Of a stretch of DNA of 64,000 nucleotides, positions 56,000-64,000 are shown piece by piece (the stretch's first letter is position 1; every line of letters begins with the position of its first letter). Location of the stretch: the NCBI GenBank assembly GCA_049654745.1, contig JBASIK010000187.1, forward strand, positions 993 to 64,992, in the 5' to 3' direction. The notes below the pieces were generated by a model. That model saw nothing but the letters and a program-made list of their open reading frames with translations, was not told where the DNA came from and did not search any database. The stretch comes from Bacteroidales bacterium. GTDB lineage: Bacteria; Bacteroidota; Bacteroidia; Bacteroidales; VadinHA17. Position numbers and translations under genes: made by a program.

Positions 56000-57675
56000 C
56001 TTGAATAAACTACCTTCCCGCCAACGATCGTATAATCTACTTTTGTCTTCATAATTTCACTTTCAGGTATGGTAAGCAGATCTTTGTCGGTTATAACTAT
56101 ATCTGCAAGATATCCTCTTTTTATTATACCTTTCCTGTCATCCATAAATTGTGCATATGCAGAGCCCCAGGTGTAGTATTTTATTGCTTCTTCCATAGTA
56201 AGTTTCTGCTCCGGGAACCAACCCTCGCCCTCTTCGCCGCGTCTATCCTTGCGAGTGACAGCAGCATATAACCCTTCCATCGGGTTTATGGGTTCCACCT
56301 GATAGTCGGTACCGAAAGCAAGTATTGCACCTGCATCGAGCAGACTCCTCCATACGTATGCTCCCTTGCTGCGCTCAAATCCCACGCGTTTTTCATAAAA
56401 GTTTTTATCCGTTATACAATGGGTTGGCTGCATTGAGGCTATCACTCCAAGTTGCCCGAACCTCGGGATGTCACTCTGCTGAAGCGTCTGAGCATGCTCA
56501 ATGCGATGACGGCTATCGCGACGGCCATTTACCTGCCTGGCCTTTTCAAAAGCATTAAGCACCCAGAAATTGGCTTTGTCGCCAATAGCATGAGCCCCTA
56601 TCTGAAACCCCATCCTGTCAGCTTTCAACACCATATCTTCAAACTCTTCATAAGGATGCATTGCCAGACCCGATGTTTCTGGCCGGTCGTTAAAAGGCTC
56701 AAACATAAGGGCAGTGCCAGAGCCCATTGAGCCATCAACAAAGACTTTCAGATAGCCAAAGCGTATCCAGTTCGAATCACGAGGGTATTTCTGCGCCAGC
56801 TCAAGATATCTTTTCAGCCTGTTGGTATCACCTGTGAGTGCCTGGCCAATGTCAATACGTGATGTGAGCAGGCCCTGTTCCTTAAGCTTTTCGTACACTT
56901 CAAAATCGGCACTGCCAGGTATCTGAATGCTTGTGACCCCGTATTCCCTGGCCTCTTTCAGAGCAAGTAAATAGCCTTCCCATGTCTTTGCCTTCTGTTC
57001 TTCGGGAGTGAGGCTGACCGAAACATCGCCCAGCCTGATTAAATTTTCGGCATTGTCTTTCAGAATACCGGTGGGTTCTCCTGTTACCGGATCTCTCTGT
57101 ATCTCGCCTCCCGGCGGGTCGGGAGTGTTCTTAGTTATTCCCGATTTCTTCAGTACATAACTGTTTACCAGCACCGAATGGCCATCGGCACGACTTAGAA
57201 TAACAGGATTGTCAGGCGAAACCCTGTCAATAAGCTCTTTGGTAGGCCATTCCCTGGTGGTGAACATCTCGTGATCCCAGTGACCACCCCGTATCACCTG
57301 CCCGGGTTTCGACTTTGCTACCATTGCTGCAACTTTTTCGGTTATTGTGGCAGGGTCAGTCGTATATCTCAATTCTATATAGTCAGGATCAAGAGGACCA
57401 AAATGAATGTGAGCATCATTGAAGCCCGGAATAACAAGCCTTCCTTTTGCGTCGATAACACTTGTTTTCTCGCTGGCCAGTTTAAGTATCTTCGAATTTT
57501 TCCCGACTTCGGTTATAAACTCACCCTTGATAGCAACAGCTTCTGCATAAGGCATGGAAGGGTCAACAGTGAATACTTTACCATTTATTATTACAAGATC
57601 AGCAACCTCTTCCTTATTACAAGAACTGATAATCAACATTATACCACTTAAAAAGAGAAACGTCACAATTTTCAT
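55987..57675 (-). CDS. Amidohydrolase-3 family metal-dependent hydrolase (YtcJ-like), lipoprotein
   Basis: Track ORF 55987..57990 trimmed to MKIVTFLFLSGIMLIISSC (ATG at 57673-57675). Contains PGFNDAHIHF. The upstream 105 codons are low-complexity and overlap the dapB promoter and start. Confidence 0.85.
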   Translation of the reverse strand: MKIVTFLFLSGIMLIISSCNKEEVADLVIINGKVFTVDPSMPYAEAVAIKGEFITEVGKNSKILKLASEKTSVIDAKGRLVIPGFNDAHIHFGPLDPDYIELRYTTDPATITEKVAAMVAKSKPGQVIRGGHWDHEMFTTREWPTKELIDRVSPDNPVILSRADGHSVLVNSYVLKKSGITKNTPDPPGGEIQRDPVTGEPTGILKDNAENLIRLGDVSVSLTPEEQKAKTWEGYLLALKEAREYGVTSIQIPGSADFEVYEKLKEQGLLTSRIDIGQALTGDTNRLKRYLELAQKYPRDSNWIRFGYLKVFVDGSMGSGTALMFEPFNDRPETSGLAMHPYEEFEDMVLKADRMGFQIGAHAIGDKANFWVLNAFEKARQVNGRRDSRHRIEHAQTLQQSDIPRFGQLGVIASMQPTHCITDKNFYEKRVGFERSKGAYVWRSLLDAGAILAFGTDYQVEPINPMEGLYAAVTRKDRRGEEGEGWFPEQKLTMEEAIKYYTWGSAYAQFMDDRKGIIKRGYLADIVITDKDLLTIPESEIMKTKVDYTIVGGKVVYSRNEE

Positions 57676-57744
57676 AAATGTAAAATTTTTAACAATTGAA
57701 ATATAATTAAAAAAAACAGGTATTTTCGCAAAAATTGAATTCGT

Positions 57745-58461
57745 ATGAACATTGCACTCGTAGGATATGGCCGGATGGGCCATGAAGTAGAAGAGATGGC
57801 AAAAAAAATTGGCCATCAGGTAATAATAAAGATTGATGTGAACAATCAGGAAGATTTTACAGCCGAGAAATTTGCTGATGCTGATGTGGTTATTGAGTTC
57901 ACAACTCCTGAATCGGCATATAAAAATATTGTAAAATGCCTTGAGATGCCCAAGCCTGTTGTATCTGGTACAACTGGATGGCTTAAGCATTACGACGAAG
58001 TGGTTAAGATATGCAGGAAGAATGAAACTTCATTCATACATTCTTCAAATTTCAGTATAGGGGTAAATATTCTGTTCAGATTGAATTCAGAACTTGCACG
58101 TTTGATGGCAGGTCTGCGTGAATATGTGCCGTTCATTGAAGAGATTCATCATACCAGGAAACTCGATGCTCCAAGTGGTACTGCAATATCACTTGCCGAA
58201 GGCATTAAGGCTCAGCATCCTGTTTACGAAGGCTGGTGCCCTGCCGAAAGCCCACGGGATAATGCAATACCCATTCGCTCGGTGAGGGAAGGTAATGTAC
58301 CCGGCACACATATCGTAACCTGGGACTCCGAAATTGATACCCTCAGCATAAGGCATGAGGCGAAAGGTAGAAAAGGCTTTGCCTTTGGCGCAATTATTGC
58401 AGCCGAGTTTATCAAATCACGCAAAGGAGTCTTTACAATGAATGATATACTTGGGTTCTAA
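57745..58461 (+). CDS. dapB: 4-hydroxy-tetrahydrodipicolinate reductase
   Basis: 238 aa with MNIALVGYGRMG (NAD-binding), EEIHHTRKLDAPSGTA (the signature E-x-H-H-x-x-K-x-D-x-P-S-G-T). Confidence 0.95.
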   Translation: MNIALVGYGRMGHEVEEMAKKIGHQVIIKIDVNNQEDFTAEKFADADVVIEFTTPESAYKNIVKCLEMPKPVVSGTTGWLKHYDEVVKICRKNETSFIHSSNFSIGVNILFRLNSELARLMAGLREYVPFIEEIHHTRKLDAPSGTAISLAEGIKAQHPVYEGWCPAESPRDNAIPIRSVREGNVPGTHIVTWDSEIDTLSIRHEAKGRKGFAFGAIIAAEFIKSRKGVFTMNDILGF

Positions 58462-58471
58462 TAATAATTAG

Positions 58472-58479
58472 TACCTTTG
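58472..58479 (+). promoter_or_regulatory. Candidate -7 box TAccTTTG
   Basis: tacctttg, 24 nt upstream of the lepB ATG at 58503. Confidence 0.4.
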
Positions 58480-58502
58480 CAGTCTTTAACAATAATTCAT
58501 TT

Positions 58503-59891
58503 ATGTTGAAGTTACTTTCAAACAAATACTTTAAGTTTTCTGTTGCAGCTATAACATACATACTGGTTGTTATCTGGATTGGAAATTACTGGTTACTTCT
58601 TGGCCTGGGTATTATTTTCGATATTTATATCACGGAAAAAGTCAACTGGACCTTCTGGAAGAAGAGGCACCAGAAAAACAGTGCTCTGATAGAATGGCTT
58701 GATGCATTGATTTTTGCGGTTATTGCAGTTACATTAATAAATATATTCCTTTTTCAGAACTATCGTATTCCTACAGGCTCGATGGAAAAGTCACTTCTGA
58801 TTGGAGACCATTTGTTTGTTAGCAAGGTGGCTTATGGCCCAAGAATGCCAAATACTCCAATTGCTTTTCCGTTTACACAGAACACAATGCCGATTTTTAA
58901 AGGCAAATCATGGTCCGACCTCGTTCACTGGCCTTATAAGCGCCTGGCAGGATTCGGGAAAATAAAAAATGGTGACCCGGTTGTATTTAATTTCCCGGCA
59001 GGGGATACCGTTGTTCTTGAAGAACAGGCAACGAGCTATTATGAAATTATACGCAGAACAGCCCGCGAAATGATAAGCAGCGACGCACTGGCCGGTACAA
59101 AAACAGGTACGTGGGAAAATTATCTTGACCGTGCAAGAAAAGAGATTCGTAATAGGTTTAATATAGTCTACAGGCCAGTCGACAGAAGAGATAATTACGT
59201 AAAAAGGTGTATCGGAATACCAGGAGATACCATTCTTATAGATGATGGAGTGGTGTATGTGAACGGGAAAAAATTCCCAGAGCCCCGGTACCAGCAAACT
59301 ACTTATGTGGTCCAGACAAACGGAACATCAATCAACCCTAAAGCATTTGAACGACTTGGAATTTCAAGGTCAGATTACCAGTATTACGTTGGCTCAGCAT
59401 ATATCATGCCGCTTACCAGAGAAAATGTGGAGAAGCTAAAAGGTTTCTCAAACGTTGTAAGTGTTCAGCCGGTAATATCGAGAAAAGGAGAATATGCTCC
59501 CCATATTTTTCCCTATAAGCCTTCACTTAAATGGAATGAAGATAATTTTGGTCCTTTATGGATACCTTACAAAGGTGCAACGGTGAATATAGATACTTCA
59601 AACATTGCATTTTACGAAAGGATAATTGATGTTTACGAAGATAACGATCTTAAAATTGAGGGAGCCGACATTTACATTAACGGGCAGAAAGCAACTACCT
59701 ATACTTTCAAGATGGATTATTACTGGATGATGGGTGACAACCGTCACAATTCAGCCGATTCTAGATTCTGGGGTTTTGTACCCGAAGATCATATAGTAGG
59801 AAAACCCAAATTCATCTGGCTTTCAATAGACAAGGAAAAGAGCGGTCTTCGCAAAATAAGATGGGAAAGATTCTTCATGAAAGCAAGATAA
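58503..59891 (+). CDS. lepB: Signal peptidase I
   Basis: 462 aa with TM helices, the catalytic Ser box IPTGSMEKSL, the Lys box YVKRCIGIPGD and GDNRHNSADSRFWGFVP. Confidence 0.9.
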   Translation: MLKLLSNKYFKFSVAAITYILVVIWIGNYWLLLGLGIIFDIYITEKVNWTFWKKRHQKNSALIEWLDALIFAVIAVTLINIFLFQNYRIPTGSMEKSLLIGDHLFVSKVAYGPRMPNTPIAFPFTQNTMPIFKGKSWSDLVHWPYKRLAGFGKIKNGDPVVFNFPAGDTVVLEEQATSYYEIIRRTAREMISSDALAGTKTGTWENYLDRARKEIRNRFNIVYRPVDRRDNYVKRCIGIPGDTILIDDGVVYVNGKKFPEPRYQQTTYVVQTNGTSINPKAFERLGISRSDYQYYVGSAYIMPLTRENVEKLKGFSNVVSVQPVISRKGEYAPHIFPYKPSLKWNEDNFGPLWIPYKGATVNIDTSNIAFYERIIDVYEDNDLKIEGADIYINGQKATTYTFKMDYYWMMGDNRHNSADSRFWGFVPEDHIVGKPKFIWLSIDKEKSGLRKIRWERFFMKAR

Positions 59892-60074
59892 GTGCATCTT
59901 CCTGAAAAAATTTGATAGTTTTCTAATTTAATCCTGAGACAGGTTTACAAATTTGTTTATTCTGCTGCCTCAATATTTCAGAGCAAATGATAATTAAGTC
60001 CCCCTCTCAATGGAATTAGGGGGTGTATTGCCCACTTTGGGAAAACATTAATGGTTGTCAGACGTAGTATAATA

Positions 60075-60094
60075 AAATACCCAGGGGGGTATTT
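60075..60094 (-). terminator. Hairpin AAATACCC-aggg-GGGTATTT, candidate rplT terminator
   Basis: 8-bp stem about 50 nt downstream of the rplT stop (60144). On the minus strand it is followed by TTTaTTaT. Confidence 0.45.
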
Positions 60095-60143
60095 TAGACA
60101 ATCCCTCCTTAGAGGCTATTTAAGGGGTTGTTCTTAACTGAAA

Positions 60144-60488
60144 TTACTTTACTTTTTCCACGACAGCTTTGAAGGCTTCAGGATGATTCATTGCCAGGTC
60201 GGCAAGCACCTTCCTGTTAAGGGTGATACCCTTTTGTGCAAGTTTGCCCATGAATTCCGAGTAATTCATGCCGTACTGGCGTACCCCTGCATTAATTCGC
60301 TGAATCCAGAGTGATCTGAAGTTTCTCTTCTTAGCTTTTCTGTCGCGATAGGCATAGATTAGCCCTTTTTCAAGTGTGTTTTTTGCTACGGTGTAGACGT
60401 TTTTTCTTGAACCGAAATAACCCTTTGTCTGTTTCAGAATTTTCTTTCTTCTTGCTCTTGAAGCGACTGAATTAACTGATCTTGGCAT
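60144..60488 (-). CDS. rplT: 50S ribosomal protein L20
   Basis: 114 aa. [30 protein letters not shown] is a canonical L20 N-terminus. Confidence 0.97.
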   Translation of the reverse strand: MPRSVNSVASRARRKKILKQTKGYFGSRKNVYTVAKNTLEKGLIYAYRDRKAKKRNFRSLWIQRINAGVRQYGMNYSEFMGKLAQKGITLNRKVLADLAMNHPEAFKAVVEKVK

Positions 60489-60564
60489 AACATTTCATTT
60501 TTTGGATGTAAGCGCTTCGCTTATGCGAAAACTTGTATGCTTAACACCCTGGTTAATAAATAAT

Positions 60565-60762
60565 TTATTTTAATCCTAATAAAAGCTTAATGTTCTTTTC
60601 ATCAGCCTTATCCACAAACGTGTAATGAGTAAGATTTCTCTTTCTCTTTTTAGATTTTTTTGTAAGGATATGGCTTTTATACGCATGCTTGCGTTTTATT
60701 TTTCCTGTGGCTGTAAGGGAGAATCTTTTTTTTGCTCCCGGATTTGTCTTCGTCTTAGGCAT
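60565..60762 (-). CDS. rpmI: 50S ribosomal protein L35
   Basis: 65 aa. [32 protein letters not shown]. Confidence 0.95.
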   Translation of the reverse strand: MPKTKTNPGAKKRFSLTATGKIKRKHAYKSHILTKKSKKRKRNLTHYTFVDKADEKNIKLLLGLK

Positions 60763-60787
60763 CTCTCTGTATATTAATTTATTCTGT

Positions 60788-61336
60788 TTATTTTTTCTTT
60801 TTCGGCGCTATTGTTATTGTCATTCTCTTTCCTTCCAGCTTCGGTAACTGTTCAACTTTACCGTATTCTTCCAGGTCGTTCGCAAACCTGAGCAGCAAAA
60901 TCTCGCCCTGCTCACTGAAAAGAATTGATCTTCCTTTAAAGAATACATATGCTCTTACCTTTGCTCCTTCCTCAAGGAATTTAATCGCATGTTTGAGCTT
61001 GAAGTTGTAATCGTGATCGTCGGTGTTAGGTCCGAACCGGATCTCTTTTACAACTATCTTTGCAGATTTCGCCTTTATTTCCTTTTGCTTCTTTTTTTGC
61101 TGGTAAAGGAATTTCTGGTAATCAATTATTTTGCATACAGGCGGATCTGCATTTGGCGAGATTTCGACGAGATCGAGTTCCATCTCATCAGCAAGCCTTA
61201 GAGCATCCCTGATGCTCATTATCTTTGGCTCAATATTATCGCCCACCACTCTAACTACCGGGGCGGTTATGCTTTCATTGACCCTGTGGGCAGGTAATCC
61301 TTCTCTGCCCTGGAAATTTTTCTTCTGCAAAATAAT
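60788..61336 (-). CDS. infC: Translation initiation factor IF-3 (non-ATG start)
   Basis: Track ORF 60788..61330 starts at TTG. Two in-frame ATT codons lie directly upstream (61331-61336), 7-10 nt from an AGGAGG (61344-61349). Conserved RVNESI..VRVVGDN, the linker, and the C-terminal domain are present. Confidence 0.9.
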   Translation of the reverse strand: MILQKKNFQGREGLPAHRVNESITAPVVRVVGDNIEPKIMSIRDALRLADEMELDLVEISPNADPPVCKIIDYQKFLYQQKKKQKEIKAKSAKIVVKEIRFGPNTDDHDYNFKLKHAIKFLEEGAKVRAYVFFKGRSILFSEQGEILLLRFANDLEEYGKVEQLPKLEGKRMTITIAPKKKK

Positions 61337-61376
61337 AACTATTCCTCCTTTTTTAGTTAATACTATTTACCTCAGC

Positions 61377-63314
61377 TCAAACCTCCGTCTCTCTCTTTAT
61401 TTCACTTTTAACATAATTCATAAATTCTTCAGGCGTCATCACTCCTTTATCCCCTTCTCCTTGCCTGCGAACTGAAATTGTACCGCTTTGTTCTTCTTTT
61501 TCACCCACTATCAGAAGGTAAGGAATTCTCTTTAACTCATTATCCCTTATCTTCTTACCTATCTTCTCGTTCCTTTCGTCAATCAGAGTGCAAATATCGG
61601 AATTATTTAATAATTCCAAAACTTTTTTTGCATAATCGTTGAATTTTTCACTGATGGGCAGAATGACTGCTTTCTCAGGTGCAAGCCACAGCGGGAATTT
61701 TCCAGAGGTGTTTTCAATCAGTACAGCCACGAACCTTTCCATCGAGCCAAATATGGTACGGTGAATCATAACAGGCCGGTGCTTCTGATTGTCGCTACCA
61801 GTATAGGTAAGGTCGAACCTCTCGGGGAGGTTATAATCGACCTGAATGGTACCAAGCTGCCATTTTCTTCCTATGGCATCTTTCACCATGAAATCGAGCT
61901 TGGGTCCGTAAAATGCTGCCTCTCCAGGTACCACAACAGTTTCAAGGTTCTTTTCTGCTGCGGCTTCAATTATGTCGCGTTCAGCTTTTGCCCAGTTCTC
62001 TTCCGAACCGATATATTTTTCTTTATCGTTTGGGTCGCGCAAAGAAATCTGGGCGGTGAATTCATTGAAATTTAGAATTTTAAATACATACAGTACAAGG
62101 TCGATTATACTCTTGAATTCGTCCCTGAGCTGGTCGGGTCTGCAGAAATGATGCGCATCATCCTGGGTGAAACTTCTTACCCTTGTCAGACCGTGAAGTT
62201 CACCGCTCTGTTCGTACCTGTAAACAGTTCCGAATTCTGCAAGCCTGAGTGGCAGATCTTTGTACGAGTGAGGTGTAGTATTGTATATTTCACAATGGTG
62301 CGGGCAATTCATGGGTTTCAGCATGAACTGTTCACCTTCCTGCGGCGTTGAAATCGGCCGGAATGAGCTTGCACCATATTTTTCGAAGTGTCCTGAAATT
62401 TTGTAAAGATTTACATTTCCTATGTGTGGTGTTGTAACTATTTTATATCCTCTCTTTTTCAGTATTCCTGTCATGAAATTGATCAGAGTATTCCTGATTT
62501 CTGTTCCCCGTGGCATCCAGAGTGGTAATCCCATCCCAACTTTCTGAGAGAATGTAAATAGCTCCAGTTCCTTACCTATCTTTCTGTGATCCCTTTTCTT
62601 AGCCTCTTCCAGAAAGACAAGGTATTCATCGAGCATTTTTTGCTTTGGAAAGGTTATGCCGTAAATCCTTGTAAGCATCTTACGTTTTTCGTCACCTCTC
62701 CAGTATGCACCGGCAATGCTTAAAACCTTTATTGCCTTGATTGGTTCAGTTGAGGGCAGGTGGGGCCCCCGGCAGAGATCAACGAAGGTTCCCTGAGTAT
62801 ATAATGATATGGTTCCATCTTCAAGTTCACTGATAAGCTCGAGCTTGTATTCATCTCCTTTCTTTTCGAAAAACTCGAGAGCCTCTTTTTTGCTTACTTC
62901 TTTCCTTATAATTTGTTGATTCTGAGCTGCAAGCTCTTTCATCCTGTTTTCAATAGCAATCAGGTCGTCGTCTGTTATCTCATGGTCACCGGGGTCGATA
63001 TCATAATAAAAACCGTTTTCAATAGCAGGACCAATACCGAATTTTGTGCCGGGCCAGAGCTGCTCAATCGCTTCTGCCATAAGATGTGCCGAGGAGTGCC
63101 AGAAAGCATGCCTGCCTTCATCATCCTCCCACTTGTGAAGCTTTATAGTTGCATCTGACGTGATAGGCCTTGTTAGATCATATAATTCCCCATTAACCGA
63201 CACGGAAAGAACTTCTTTCGCAAGCTGCGGACTTATCTGCCTGGCAATTTCCAGTCCAGTTATTCCTTCTGTGAATTCTTTTACCTTACCGTCAGGAAAA
63301 GTGAGCTTTACCAT
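61377..63314 (-). CDS. thrS: Threonine--tRNA ligase
   Basis: 645 aa with a TGS domain, the editing-domain HSSAHLMA motif, class II core motifs and an anticodon-binding domain. Confidence 0.97.
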   Translation of the reverse strand: MVKLTFPDGKVKEFTEGITGLEIARQISPQLAKEVLSVSVNGELYDLTRPITSDATIKLHKWEDDEGRHAFWHSSAHLMAEAIEQLWPGTKFGIGPAIENGFYYDIDPGDHEITDDDLIAIENRMKELAAQNQQIIRKEVSKKEALEFFEKKGDEYKLELISELEDGTISLYTQGTFVDLCRGPHLPSTEPIKAIKVLSIAGAYWRGDEKRKMLTRIYGITFPKQKMLDEYLVFLEEAKKRDHRKIGKELELFTFSQKVGMGLPLWMPRGTEIRNTLINFMTGILKKRGYKIVTTPHIGNVNLYKISGHFEKYGASSFRPISTPQEGEQFMLKPMNCPHHCEIYNTTPHSYKDLPLRLAEFGTVYRYEQSGELHGLTRVRSFTQDDAHHFCRPDQLRDEFKSIIDLVLYVFKILNFNEFTAQISLRDPNDKEKYIGSEENWAKAERDIIEAAAEKNLETVVVPGEAAFYGPKLDFMVKDAIGRKWQLGTIQVDYNLPERFDLTYTGSDNQKHRPVMIHRTIFGSMERFVAVLIENTSGKFPLWLAPEKAVILPISEKFNDYAKKVLELLNNSDICTLIDERNEKIGKKIRDNELKRIPYLLIVGEKEEQSGTISVRRQGEGDKGVMTPEEFMNYVKSEIKRETEV

Positions 63315-63339
63315 TATTATGCTTTTAATTTTGAGAGTG

Positions 63340-63347
63340 CAAAGATA
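63340..63347 (-). promoter_or_regulatory. Candidate -7 box TAtcTTTG (minus strand) for thrS-infC-rpmI-rplT
   Basis: Plus strand reads caaagata, 26-33 nt upstream of the thrS start at 63314. Confidence 0.4.
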
Positions 63348-63505
63348 AACATATTTTAAAATCTTTTTTGTCCTTAGTTTCAGGAAAACTGTTAACCTTT
63401 TTTAATTCTTTGAAGAAATAAGAAAACAAATCAGGTTGCTCAATAATTTATATATTAGCGGCCATATTCTTCTTAGTAAATCAATAATGAAATAAATTAA
63501 AAATC

Positions 63506-64000
63506 ATGAGTGGGTCAGGAACAGAAAAACGTGACAGTTTCGGAAGTAATATCGGTGCCATTGCTGCAATTGCTGGTTCGGCTATAGGTTTAGGAAACAT
63601 CTGGAGATTTCCGTATGTTGCAGGTGAGAATGGGGGAGGTGCATTTCTGTTGATATACATTGTTTTTATTTTGCTCATTGGCATTCCGGTAATGACTTCA
63701 GAGTTTATCATTGGCCGATCGGCACAGAAGAACCCATACGGTGCCTTCAGGCTTCTGGCTCCTGGCAAACCATGGTTTCTTATAGGCGTGATGGGTGTAC
63801 TGGCAGCATTTTTTATTCTGTCGTTTTATGCAACAGTTTCAGGCTGGACCCTTGAATATTTCTATCAGGCAATTACCGGCAACCTTTCAGGGAAAACAAA
63901 CAGGGAACTTGCAGAAATGTTCACAGCTTTTCTAAACAGTCCCTTCAGGCCTTATTTATGGTTCCTTATTTTTATGGGGTTAACAGCTTTGATAATTATA
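63506..64000 (+). CDS. Sodium-dependent transporter, SNF (neurotransmitter:sodium symporter) family; N-terminal 165 codons, runs off the window end
   Basis: Not in the track because it is edge-truncated. Manual translation from the ATG at 63506 gives MSGSGTEKRDSFGSNIGAIAAIAGSAIGLGNIWRFPYVAGENGGGAFL, which contains the SNF signature GLGNIWRFPY. Confidence 0.85.
   Translation, partial: MSGSGTEKRDSFGSNIGAIAAIAGSAIGLGNIWRFPYVAGENGGGAFLLIYIVFILLIGIPVMTSEFIIGRSAQKNPYGAFRLLAPGKPWFLIGVMGVLAAFFILSFYATVSGWTLEYFYQAITGNLSGKTNRELAEMFTAFLNSPFRPYLWFLIFMGLTALIII

Noticed and set aside
57676-57990. N-terminal extensions of track ORFs: amidohydrolase to 57990, rnfC to 3456, DUF4097 to 35185, AKR to 55862, ECF sigma to 36260, mutS2 from 29625.
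   Set aside because: The extensions overlap neighbouring genes or promoters and lack protein-like sequence. Internal ATGs are followed at once by signal peptides or conserved N-termini.

Overview
This 64 kb window looks like a Bacteroidota (Bacteroidales-like) chromosome. I infer that from TAnnTTTG -7 promoter boxes 17-100 nt upstream of many start codons, one T9SS C-terminal sorting domain, and the gene neighbourhoods. I found about 54 densely packed protein genes, mostly housekeeping. They are rnfE-G-D-C-B plus an RseC-like gene, recG, a SurA/PpiC chaperone cluster with an OstA-like gene, guaB, recQ, rlmI-like, tex, mutS2, trmD, dapB, lepB and thrS-infC-rpmI-rplT. There is also a peptide/amino-acid catabolism set: S9 oligopeptidase B, two M28 peptidases, rocD, and SSS and SNF symporters. 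I saw no rRNA, tRNA, CRISPR array, transposase, integrase or recognisable defence system. All product calls come from by-eye motif recognition in the supplied translations; I ran no searches. The unusual part is about 44.6-56 kb. (1) A mosaic family of GC-rich intergenic repeat modules (A, B, P) sits at 48.5, 51.0-51.3 and 54.4-54.5 kb. Two ~110-nt direct A copies bracket a two-gene cassette (methyltransferase plus membrane protein). (2) A 490-bp convergent intergenic region is packed with iteron-like 11-mer tandems and a diverged ~52-nt duplication. (3) Tandem CTCAYTC heptamer arrays abut or overlap the stop codons of two consecutive minus-strand genes. (4) An uncharacterised four-gene operon encodes YceI-like, OM beta-barrel, YceI-like and a three-Cys Rrf2 regulator. 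It has a 9-3-9 palindrome at its promoter and a 13-bp inverted repeat enclosing the third gene's start codon. This operon is my best candidate for an undescribed system. Two genes (rnfG and a membrane protein at 36.3-37.2 kb) carry apparent 1-nt frameshifts that could be assembly errors. Coordinates of non-ORF features were counted by hand and may be off by 1-2 nt.
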